Below, one piece after another: positions 18,931 to 26,268 of a stretch of 32,000 bases of DNA. The notes beneath the pieces are model-generated. The model was not told where the DNA came from. It did not search any database and was given only the letters and a program-made list of their open reading frames with translations. Numbering within the stretch: the first letter of the stretch is position 1; each line of letters starts with the position of its first letter. Both the position numbers and the translations under genes were made by a program. The DNA is from Microcystis aeruginosa NIES-843 (lineage in GTDB: Bacteria > Cyanobacteriota > Cyanobacteriia > Cyanobacteriales > Microcystaceae), in assembly GCF_000010625.1 (NCBI RefSeq), contig NC_010296.1, forward strand, positions 4,470,001 through 4,502,000, given 5' to 3'.

Positions 18931-19785
18931 TTATAATTCCTCTAAACTTTCTACAGGCAAATTAACCACCTGATAAGCACCAAAAACCTTGATCGCATCT
19001 GTATAATTGCTTAATTCTTCTAAAGTTGCTGCGATTAAATGCTGTTGCTCTGGATTAATTTCTAGATCAATAAAAAATATGTATTCCCCTAAAGATATTT
19101 TAGTTGGTCGCGATTCGATCCGAGATAAATTAAGCTGACGTTTGGCAAAAACTTCTAAAGGTTTGACTAAAGCTCCAGGTTGATCTAAAACTTGAAAAGC
19201 GAGGGACATTCGCTCCCCTTGAGGATGGGAAGTTAAATCCATGACCCAAAAACGGGTACAATTATCGGGATAATCATTAATTGGTTGTATTAATATTGGT
19301 ACATGATACAGTTTTGCTGCCCGGGGAGAAGCAATCGCGGCCGAATTAGTCTCTCGATCGAGAATTTGAATCGCTTCTGTGGTAGAATTGGTGGGAATAA
19401 TTGGCACGTTAGGTAAATTATTTTCTAGCCACTTTTGACATTGGGCTAAAGCTTGGGGATGAGAATAAACGGTTTTAATTTCTGTTAGCGATTGTCTGGG
19501 AGATAGAAGTGCATGGGAAATCGGTAAAACTAATTCTTGTTGAATCTGTAACCCGGGTAATTGCCATAAAGCATCAAGAGTCATTACCACACTTCCTTCG
19601 GTGGAATTTTCCACCGGGACCACTGCTAAATCGGCCTGATTTTGGACAACCGATCGCAGGGCCAAGGCAATGCTAGGATAGGGTATTAATTGACGAGGCT
19701 GGGGTGGTAAACTATTAGCAAATGCTAAAGCGGCTGTTTCTGAATAGGTTCCCACCGGCCCCAGATAAGCGATCTTTACAGTCAT
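18931..19785 (-). CDS. pheA: Prephenate dehydratase
   Basis: Contains IAYLGPVGTYSETAA, a TRF motif (NCTRFWV) and an ACT domain with ESRP (LSRIESRPTK). Confidence 0.9.
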   Translation of the reverse strand: MTVKIAYLGPVGTYSETAALAFANSLPPQPRQLIPYPSIALALRSVVQNQADLAVVPVENSTEGSVVMTLDALWQLPGLQIQQELVLPISHALLSPRQSLTEIKTVYSHPQALAQCQKWLENNLPNVPIIPTNSTTEAIQILDRETNSAAIASPRAAKLYHVPILIQPINDYPDNCTRFWVMDLTSHPQGERMSLAFQVLDQPGALVKPLEVFAKRQLNLSRIESRPTKISLGEYIFFIDLEINPEQQHLIAATLEELSNYTDAIKVFGAYQVVNLPVESLEEL

Positions 19786-19819
19786 TTAGATTATCCCCGC
19801 AAGCAATTTTTTCTAGCTA

Positions 19820-19857
19820 TTACAGCCTTTCTCGTCAACATCAAGTATAACCTAATT
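19820..19857. repeat. Copy 1 of a ~38-nt dispersed repeat
   Basis: TTACAGCCTTTCTCGTCAACATCAAGTATAACCTAATT matches 22341-22379 at about 80% identity by eye. It overlaps the stop and last codons of the exonuclease ORF. Confidence 0.6.
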
Positions 19858-20275
19858 CAACCACAGTTTTCAGTTGATAATTGGCTAAAGGAGCAATATA
19901 GTAGGGAACCTTTTTAGCTAACTCTAGGGTACAGGTAATTTTTTTAACTTGGCTTTTACCGCCCAAAAATTTACAATCATAACTAGCATTGTGAAAAACC
20001 TTTTCTATCCGGTCAACCAGCATGATTTTAGTGATAAAATAGTCAGTAAGATCGGGTCGATCGAGAACATCCAAAATTGTCACCCGCTCCCCCGTTAAGT
20101 CCGTGGAATCAGCCAGAATTTGAATCAGAGACAAACGGGGAGTCTTGCTATCGTAATCGGCTACTTCCGTATCTAACCAAAGAATGGGAAAATGAGAAAA
20201 GTGATCGATCGCATTCATCATAGCGTCGGATTCCGTTAAATAAGGCATGGTTGCAGAGGTGGAAAAATGTATCAA
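19841..20275 (-). CDS. DEDDy-type 3'-5' exonuclease domain protein, apparently C-terminally truncated
   Basis: ExoI (LWLDTEVA) and ExoII (FHNASYDCKFL) are present, but no ExoIII Yx3D motif appears before the stop. The annotated start overlaps the divergent usp start, so the real start is likely M10 (20248) or M19 (20221). Confidence 0.6.
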   Translation of the reverse strand: MIHFSTSATMPYLTESDAMMNAIDHFSHFPILWLDTEVADYDSKTPRLSLIQILADSTDLTGERVTILDVLDRPDLTDYFITKIMLVDRIEKVFHNASYDCKFLGGKSQVKKITCTLELAKKVPYYIAPLANYQLKTVVELGYT

Positions 20276-20755
20276 AAAATCTTGATAGCAATAGATTTAT
20301 CAGAGATGGGGGAGAGTGTCTTTAAGGAGGCTGTATCCTTAGCCAGTAAGTACGAAGCTAACCTCCTACTACTGCACGTCCTTTCCCCTGAAGAAGATTA
20401 TAGCCCTTTACCGATTCCGCCCAATTTAGCCGATATTTACCCCGCCCAGGGCAATGATCTGACTCTCGATTTTTGGCGGCAACAATGGGAAGAATTCGAG
20501 CAGAAAGGGGTGGCCATGTTGCAAAAAAGGGCTAATCAGGCGGGAGAAATGGGTGTAAAGGGAGAATACCGGCAAATTTACGGTCATGCCGCCAAAACTG
20601 TCTGTAAAGTGGCGCGAGAGGAAAATGTTGATTTAATTGTCATCGGTCGGCGTGGGCGATCGGGTCTAGGAGAGTTATTCTTAGGTAGTGTGAGTAATTA
20701 TGTTCTCCATCATGCCCCCTGTTCCGTCTTAATTGTTCAACATCATCAAGACTAA
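20267..20755 (+). CDS. Universal stress protein (UspA family)
   Basis: Contains MYQKILIAIDLS...LLLLHV...DLIVIGRRGRSGLGELFLGSVSNYVLHHAPCSVLIV. Confidence 0.85.
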   Translation: MYQKILIAIDLSEMGESVFKEAVSLASKYEANLLLLHVLSPEEDYSPLPIPPNLADIYPAQGNDLTLDFWRQQWEEFEQKGVAMLQKRANQAGEMGVKGEYRQIYGHAAKTVCKVAREENVDLIVIGRRGRSGLGELFLGSVSNYVLHHAPCSVLIVQHHQD

Positions 20756-20765
20756 AAATTGCTGA

Positions 20766-21341
20766 TTAGCTATTCCCCCCTAAAATCCCCAAACGATTAA
20801 AAGGAAAAAAGCGAAAAACCGCCCTACCAATCACGTTATTTTCCGGTAAAAACCCCCAGATATGGGAGTCATTGCTATTATTGCGATTGTCTCCCATGAC
20901 AAATAAATTATTTTCCGGCACAAGCAAAGGCATTAAATTATATTGAGGGGATTCGAGAATATAATCCTCTGACAAGGGTTGATTATTCAGATAAATTTTG
21001 CCCTCCTTGACAGCAATCACATCCCCTGCTGTGGCAATCACTCTTTTAATAAAAGCTTGGTCCTTTTGGTATCCCTGTAATTGTAATTGTGCCGGCGGTT
21101 CAAAGACGACGATATCCCCCCGTCGAGGAGGATGGAAATCGTAGGAAAGTTTTTCCACTACTAAGCGATCGCCCTGTTCTAAAGTGGGTAACATAGAATC
21201 AGAGGGGATAAAACGAGGTTCAGCCACAAAAGTGCGAATCAGTAGGGCTAAAATTAAAGCTATAGTGATAATTTGCAGATTTTCTCGAATAGAAGCCCAA
21301 AAACTCTTGGATTTGTCCTTATTAATTTCTTGCTCTTGCAT
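20766..21341 (-). CDS. lepB: Signal peptidase I
   Basis: Contains IPSDSMLPTL (catalytic Ser box), KRVIA..GD and GDNRNNSNDSHIWGFLP. Confidence 0.9.
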   Translation of the reverse strand: MQEQEINKDKSKSFWASIRENLQIITIALILALLIRTFVAEPRFIPSDSMLPTLEQGDRLVVEKLSYDFHPPRRGDIVVFEPPAQLQLQGYQKDQAFIKRVIATAGDVIAVKEGKIYLNNQPLSEDYILESPQYNLMPLLVPENNLFVMGDNRNNSNDSHIWGFLPENNVIGRAVFRFFPFNRLGILGGNS

Positions 21342-22174
21342 TATTGCCCAGATGATGGTTGATGTAACTTAGCTTTCGCTTGCTGCCAGAAAACCGTTAA
21401 TTCCTCTAGTGTATAGTCATGGAGAGGCTTTTCTGCGACAGATTCCACTAGGGAAAAACGTTGAATAAAACGCAGATTAGTCTCTTGTAAAGCGATACTG
21501 GGGTCTAAATTATACCAGCGAGCAAGATTGACAATAGTAAAGAGTAAATCGCCTAATTCGGCCTGTTGATGCTCTTTATCGCCCGATTCTAGGGACTCTT
21601 GCCATTCTGCTAACTCTTCGCCGAATTTTTCCCAGACTCCTGCGATATTTTCCCACTCAAAACCGACTCGCGCCGCTTGCCGAGAAATTTTCATTGCCCC
21701 CATCAAGGGTGGTAAAGTTTGGGCATAACGGGTTAATTTGCCGCTAATAGTCGGGTCATTTTTTTCCTCAGCTTTGATTTTCTCCCAATTTTGACGCACC
21801 TGTTCGGGATTTTCTAGGGATAGCTCCCCGAAAACGTGGGGATGACGACGAATTAATTTATCAGTGATGCCCCTAGCCACTTCTTCTAGGCTAAAATTAC
21901 CCTCATCACTGGCAATTTGAGCTTGTAAAACCACCTGTAGCAGTAAATCGCCTAATTCCTCGGCAATGGCAGTTTTATCACCGCTTTTAATCGCCGCTAC
22001 CACCTCATAAGCTTCTTCGATAACGTAGGGAATCAGGGTTTCCGGGGTTTGAGCTAAATCCCAAGGACAGCCGCTTTCTGGGTCTCGTAAACGGGCAACA
22101 ACGGTGATTAAATGGTTTAATGCCGCTAAGATGGCCTTGTAACTGGGATTGTCGGTTTCTGGAAGGCTAGACAT
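21341..22174 (-). CDS. mazG: Nucleoside triphosphate pyrophosphohydrolase MazG (tandem MazG domains)
   Basis: Contains CPWDLAQTPETLIPYVIEEAYEV, EELGDLLLQV and, in the second domain, ELGDLLFTIVNLARW. The TAATG junction gives a 1-nt overlap with lepB. Confidence 0.9.
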   Translation of the reverse strand: MSSLPETDNPSYKAILAALNHLITVVARLRDPESGCPWDLAQTPETLIPYVIEEAYEVVAAIKSGDKTAIAEELGDLLLQVVLQAQIASDEGNFSLEEVARGITDKLIRRHPHVFGELSLENPEQVRQNWEKIKAEEKNDPTISGKLTRYAQTLPPLMGAMKISRQAARVGFEWENIAGVWEKFGEELAEWQESLESGDKEHQQAELGDLLFTIVNLARWYNLDPSIALQETNLRFIQRFSLVESVAEKPLHDYTLEELTVFWQQAKAKLHQPSSGQ

Positions 22175-22209
22175 CGATTTTTTCCGGTTTTCTCCCCCAT
22201 TATACCGGT

Positions 22210-22300
22210 CAGTTATCAGTTATCAGTTATCAGTTATCAGTTATCAGTTATCACTGATCAGATGTGAGTTTTCAGTTAACTGATTACTGTTTACCGATCA
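22210..22300. repeat. Heptamer array: (CAGTTAT)x6 plus core, in inverted orientation relative to 11464-11566
   Basis: Six exact CAGTTAT units (22210-22251) are followed by CACTGATCAGATGTGAGTTTTCAGTTAACTGATTACTG, which is the reverse complement of the core seen at 11471-11500 and 24260-24293. The array starts 36 bp upstream of the mazG start. Confidence 0.9.
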
Positions 22301-22340
22301 CAGCAAAAAAGCTTTTATTTCCCTATCTTCTAATATTCAG

Positions 22341-22379
22341 TTACAGCCTTTCTCATAACAGATGAAGTTTAACCTAATT
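22341..22379. repeat. Copy 2 of the ~38-nt dispersed repeat
   Basis: TTACAGCCTTTCTCATAACAGATGAAGTTTAACCTAATT occurs here in a non-coding context. Confidence 0.6.
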
Positions 22380-22455
22380 TGAGCGAAGACCGACTCCCCA
22401 AAACGAAAACTTCGTACCTCACCATTCAGATAACTGCTTTAGCTCAATAACGATG

Positions 22456-22478
22456 AAAAAACCCGGGAAAACCGGGTT
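22456..22478 (-). terminator. Rho-independent terminator
   Basis: The minus strand reads AACCCGG-TTTTC-CCGGGTT followed by TTTTC, about 100 nt downstream of the 22581 ORF stop. Confidence 0.65.
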
Positions 22479-22580
22479 CCACTAGCTTGGAGTGTGTATA
22501 GTCAACCGATAAAGCAGTTGAAAACTTAAATAAATCTAAATAGAAAAAAGGTAAGTAATTCCACTGTAAGAAAATCAGAT

Positions 22581-22952
22581 TTAATGAACTACCCCGCAAG
22601 TTAGGGGACAAGAAGCATAAACAGCTTGATGAGAGGTTTTTACCTCACCGTGTAACCAGTGCAGCCAGCTAACTTCATGGGGATGAACACCTTTTGCTGC
22701 TAATAAAGCGGCACTAATTAGGATAGCCAAAATATTAATACCAATAATCATTCCCGCAACTAAAAGCACGGAACTAATCGGTAAAACTGACTGTAAGATA
22801 ATCGCCGACAATGCTCCCACTGTCATCATTAATACTACTAAAGGAAATCCCACTACTAATAAACAGACAGTGAGGACGAAACTCCAGAGAAGAAAGCTTT
22901 TTAGCATTGCTAAAGAAACGTGGCCCCAGTTATTTCTTGCGGTTAATTGCAT
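22581..22952 (-). CDS. Hypothetical membrane protein (3-4 TM)
   Basis: The only support is a hydrophobic ORF with a downstream intrinsic terminator. No family was recognised. Confidence 0.45.
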   Translation of the reverse strand: MQLTARNNWGHVSLAMLKSFLLWSFVLTVCLLVVGFPLVVLMMTVGALSAIILQSVLPISSVLLVAGMIIGINILAILISAALLAAKGVHPHEVSWLHWLHGEVKTSHQAVYASCPLTCGVVH

Positions 22953-23295
22953 CTTCCTGACCTCTTACAAACTTGGTGGTCTAACTTTTCTGCACGTCGG
23001 CTCAAAGTTGATGAAAACCAGTATAGGGAAAACACCGAAGAAGATGAGCTATTCGCAATATAAATTTACAATCATCGCTGATCATCTATGTTATATGTAT
23101 CGAACTATTACAAGAATCGGCGAGAGGTATCGAAAACTTTACAATCAGTTTCTCTTGATCCCCAATGCAATTTCCTGCTGAAATCCCTGATCCCCGTCGC
23201 TAATCCTTTCTTGTGTCCCTGCCGTCAGATTTTGCCTCGTCTCGTTGTAACAAATATTTACAAGTACCTCTAGAATTCTCAGAAAATAGGTGGAC

Positions 23296-23330
23296 GGGAG
23301 TTGGGAGATGGGAGAGGGGAGAGGGGAGAC
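23296..23330. repeat. GGGAGNN heptamer array
   Basis: GGGAGTT, GGGAGAT, GGGAGAG, GGGAGAG and GGGAGAC occur in phase. The array is related (as reverse complement) to the CTCCCGT units at 24711-24731. Confidence 0.8.
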
Positions 23331-23756
23331 CACTTCGTGCGCGTTGCGGGGGGAAGTGGAAAAGTGGCGAGAAAAAGCTGACGGCTTTTCTTTGTCACAG
23401 AATTGACATCCGGCCGTTATAGTCCTGACAAATGAGAGTTATATCTTGGAATTAATCCAGCAAAGGAATAAATCATTTCCCCTAACCCAGCTTTCCTCAA
23501 GCTTCCCACACAGGGTCTAGGGGAAGTTTATTTTTCTGCTGATTTTACCCGTTCTTTGCTCACAACATGGTCAAAATAAATCCCCGTCCCCGCGCCTTTA
23601 CCTCCCATGGAGAAAACCGCTACCCGGCCGGAAAAGAAAATTTTTCTAGAACTTGACGAGCCTTGAGGGTAGGGAAGACAGTCAGGCAGACTAATCTAAA
23701 AAGGTTTTTGGGGCGAAAATATAGTTTCTTGGCCTTCTGTCTCCCTCAACACAGTC

Positions 23757-24158
23757 TTAGCTCTGATGGCGAGCATAATCATCCTGAAAACGGACTATAT
23801 CATCCTCTCCTAAATATTCCCCATTTTGCACTTCAATTAACACCAATTTGATCACCCCGGGGTTTTCCAGACGGTGAGCGGTACACTGCGGCACATAAGT
23901 GGACTGATTGGCTCCGAGAATTTCTTCGTTATCTCCACAGGTGACTTTTGCCGTCCCCGAAACGACAATCCAGTGTTCACTGCGATGGTAGTGCATCTGT
24001 AAACTGAGACGATGACCCGGATTCACTTCAATTCGCTTGATTTTATAACCAAGACCTTCTTCTAGGGTGGTGAAAGAACCCCAGGGCCTAAATTCTGTTG
24101 CTGCCGATTCTACGCTCGAAATAAGCTGAAATGGTGCCACATCTTGAGATGCGATCAT
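23757..24158 (-). CDS. Cupin-domain protein, type II phosphomannose isomerase (ManC C-terminal-like)
   Basis: Contains RPWGSFTTLEEG..YKIKRIEVNPGHRLSLQMHYHRSEHWIVVSGTAKV...HRLENPG...IEVQNGEYLGEDDIVRFQDDY. Confidence 0.85.
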   Translation of the reverse strand: MIASQDVAPFQLISSVESAATEFRPWGSFTTLEEGLGYKIKRIEVNPGHRLSLQMHYHRSEHWIVVSGTAKVTCGDNEEILGANQSTYVPQCTAHRLENPGVIKLVLIEVQNGEYLGEDDIVRFQDDYARHQS

Positions 24159-24230
24159 TATATTATGTCTCCATTGCTAGGTCTGATCTTAGTCCAAGAT
24201 AGCAGCAAAAACCCTAGATGGCATCTAAAT

Positions 24231-24305
24231 CAGTGATCAGTAAACAGTAAACAGTGATCAGTAATCAGTGAACTGAAAACTCACATCTGATCACTGATCA
24301 CTGAT
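24231..24305. repeat. Heptamer array with the same core as 11464-11566
   Basis: The units CAGTGAT CAGTAAA CAGTAAA CAGTGAT CAGTAAT CAGTGAA CTGAAAA CTCACAT CTGATCA CTGATCA CTGAT keep a 7-nt phase. The array abuts the gatC stop codon (TAA, 24306-24308). Confidence 0.9.
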
Positions 24306-24602
24306 TTAGTCTTCGTCGGTGTTGAGAATACGGGGAACCAGGAAATAATCCCCTTCTGGGGCCGGCGATTCTTGCACTAAGACCTCGTGATCGGGATAAA
24401 GTCTATTACTATCGGCGCGAGTGATATTTTGAATTTCGATCGCTCGCGTGGTGGGTAGCACATTTTCCGTGTCTAATTCGCTTAACTGCTCGAAATAATC
24501 GAGGATTCCGCTTAATTGCAGCGCAAATTGTTCTTCTTCGCCGCTATTAATCTCTAAACGGGCTAAATGGGCGATTTTTTCAACTGTAGCTCGATCGATC
24601 AT
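24306..24602 (-). CDS. gatC: Asp-tRNA(Asn)/Glu-tRNA(Gln) amidotransferase subunit C
   Basis: Contains [45 protein letters not shown]; 98 aa. Confidence 0.9.
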   Translation of the reverse strand: MIDRATVEKIAHLARLEINSGEEEQFALQLSGILDYFEQLSELDTENVLPTTRAIEIQNITRADSNRLYPDHEVLVQESPAPEGDYFLVPRILNTDED

Positions 24603-24611
24603 GGGAGAAAT

Positions 24612-24692
24612 GGGGTGTGGGGTGTGGGGTGTGGGGTGTGGGGTGTGGGGAGCAGGGAGATGGGTGTGGGGTGTGGGGTGTGGGGTGTGGGG
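24612..24692. repeat. (GGGGTGT)n arrays with a G-quadruplex-type motif
   Basis: GGGGTGT x5 plus GGGG lies at 24612-24650. After a 17-nt spacer, GGGGTGT x3 plus GGGG lies at 24668-24692. The repeat block starts 9 nt from the gatC start codon. Confidence 0.9.
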
Positions 24693-24710
24693 AGAATAAA
24701 TAAAAATAAT

Positions 24711-24773
24711 CTCCCGTCTCCCGTCTCCTATCTCCTGACGACCGACTCCTGTCTCCTGACGACCGACTCCTCA
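24711..24773. repeat. CTCCCGT heptamers plus a 21-nt direct repeat x2
   Basis: CTCCCGT CTCCCGT CTCCTAT is followed by CTCCTGACGACCGACTCCTGT (24732-52) and CTCCTGACGACCGACTCCTCA (24753-73). The block ends 2 nt before the ycf3 stop. Confidence 0.8.
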
Positions 24774-24775
24774 AT

Positions 24776-25297
24776 TTAAAAGAAAACATCAATTTCCGAT
24801 CGCCCGGTGATTTTCAGCCAGTTTTGGGCTTCAATGTAGTTATTGGGGGCTAATCGGATGGCTTGTTTCCAGTATTCTGCCGCTTTGTCGTAGAGTGCTT
24901 CCGCTTCGGCCTGTTGACCGTCTTCTCTGGCTTTTTCCCCTTGAAAATGGTAAATAACGGCGATATTATTCAAAGCGGAGGGCATTCTGGGATTAAGTTG
25001 GATAGCTTCTTCGTAGTATTCCAGAGCCTTTTCATGCTCGCCGTTACTAGCGTGGATAATGCCGATATTGTAGAGGATATAACTGCGATCGTTAGGATCC
25101 TCTTCTAATGTTAAAGCCTCATAGTAATTATCGAGGGCTTCGGCGTATTCGCCGTCAGCTTGGGCAGACATCCCATCACGGTAATAAACAAAGGCTTCCT
25201 TGGCTTTTTTATTGGCGGGGAGCATCTTTAAAATGATATCCGCCATGACGGTAAAAGATTTATCAATAAAATTATCGTTACGTTGAGTGCGTGGCAT
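24776..25297 (-). CDS. ycf3: Photosystem I assembly protein Ycf3 (TPR)
   Basis: Contains [24 protein letters not shown]...[25 protein letters not shown]...[20 protein letters not shown]. The 173-aa length is canonical for Ycf3. Confidence 0.95.
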   Translation of the reverse strand: MPRTQRNDNFIDKSFTVMADIILKMLPANKKAKEAFVYYRDGMSAQADGEYAEALDNYYEALTLEEDPNDRSYILYNIGIIHASNGEHEKALEYYEEAIQLNPRMPSALNNIAVIYHFQGEKAREDGQQAEAEALYDKAAEYWKQAIRLAPNNYIEAQNWLKITGRSEIDVFF

Positions 25298-25493
25298 AGT
25301 TAGGACAAGTAGGCGATCAAAATGACTATTTACCTTTATAGCACTCGCCAGAAACCCTAGGGCTGTTTTTCCGATTTTTCTCGACCACGGGTTCCATTTA
25401 GAGGGTCTTGGCTGGACTGGGGGCGAACGTTATTTTCCAGCCCAAAAATCCCCCTAGCAAGGGGCAACTATGGGGCTTACTAATCTTTATCCC

Positions 25494-25644
25494 ATAAGGG
25501 ATGTAAACCTTATATAGAAAGGCATTTAGCGATTTTTGTCAATTGTTTTTGCTCTAGAGCGAACTAATCAATTAAGTCTCTTACCAGATAAGGATTTAGT
25601 CGATTTATGCCCCCCTATCGAACCATACCAAGTAACGAAGAACC
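25494..25644 (+). mobile_element. MITE family 1, copy A (left terminus missing or diverged)
   Basis: About 150 bp are near-identical to 28104-28254 and, as reverse complement, to 26082-26232. Homology is lost left of ATAAGGGATG, and no matching TSD was found. Confidence 0.75.
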
Positions 25645-25802
25645 ATTTTCGATAACCCGACCCCGGCATCCGTCCTAGTTCCTAAGACCCATACTTTCCC
25701 TGGCAACACGACCCGCCGAAGCTCGGTTATCGCTTCAGGAATAGTGGTCAAGATCTGTTTATCGGAGCATCGGTTTTTGAGAATTGTCCACAGGTTCGGC
25801 AT

Positions 25803-26030
25803 TAGACCTCTTGCATAAATCCGAAAACAAACGATAGAAACAATAATGGGAGGGACTTTCAGTTAATTATTTATTAGTAAGCTAAACGGCGCTTAACCTG
25901 CATGATCCAATAGCTATAACTCTTTTGGAGTCTATATCGGTGATCCGAAGTAAAAGCCGTTTAGCTTAGTTGATAATCTTCAAAAATGTTGCTGTACAAG
26001 GATCGACTTAAGACTTTTGCAAGAGGTCTA
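25803..26030. mobile_element. MITE family 2 (228 bp) nested between MITE-1 copies A and B
   Basis: The terminal inverted repeats are TAGACCTCTTGCATAAATC (25803-) and GACTTTTGCAAGAGGTCTA (-26030). Possible TA flanks are present, plus an internal inverted repeat AGCTAAACGGC/GCCGTTTAGCT. A similar terminus occurs at 31953. Confidence 0.65.
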
Positions 26031-26081
26031 TTCATCCCATCGCTAAAAGCGATGGAATTCTGCTGACACTAAGTTAAATTC

Positions 26082-26268
26082 GGTTCTTCGTTACTTGGTA
26101 TGGTTCGATAGGGGGTCATAAATCGACTAAATCCTTATCTGGTAAGAGACTTAATTGATTAGTTCGCTCTAGAGCAAAAATAATTGACAAAAATCGCTAA
26201 ATGCCTTTCTATATAAGGGTTCCATCCCTTATAACCCCCGTCCATTGCATAACAATTACCGAAGAGCC
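26082..26268 (-). mobile_element. MITE family 1, copy B (complete, 187 bp, inverted)
   Basis: The termini are GGTTCTTCGTTAC... and ...CCGAAGAGCC. The element is flanked by a perfect 8-bp direct repeat TTAAATTC (26074-26081 and 26269-26276). Confidence 0.85.

Noticed and set aside
21339-21343. mazG/lepB TAATG overlap as something unusual
   Set aside because: One-nucleotide stop/start overlaps are ordinary translational coupling. It is recorded only as support for an operon.
23254-23272. Palindrome TTGTAACAAATATTTACAA as an NtcA-type (GTA-N8-TAC) site
   Set aside because: The spacing between GTA and TAC is 9 nt, not 8. There is also no suitably placed -10 element or downstream gene.
23403-23423. 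TTGACA ... TATAGT as a sigma-70 promoter
   Set aside because: The two hexamers are separated by only 9 nt, far from the 17 +/- 1 nt required.
24567-24792. Two 70-aa ORFs on opposite strands (24567-24779 plus, 24580-24792 minus)
   Set aside because: Both are read entirely through the GGGGTGT, CTCCCGT and 21-nt repeats. Their low-complexity translations (GVWGVG..., PHPTPHT...) are artefacts of tandem repeats, not genes.
25605-25802. 65-aa ORF (MPNLWTILKNR...) between the MITEs as a real gene
   Set aside because: Its C-terminal ~13 codons are encoded by MITE copy A sequence and its start abuts the second MITE. At best it is a fragment of something disrupted, and no family was recognised.
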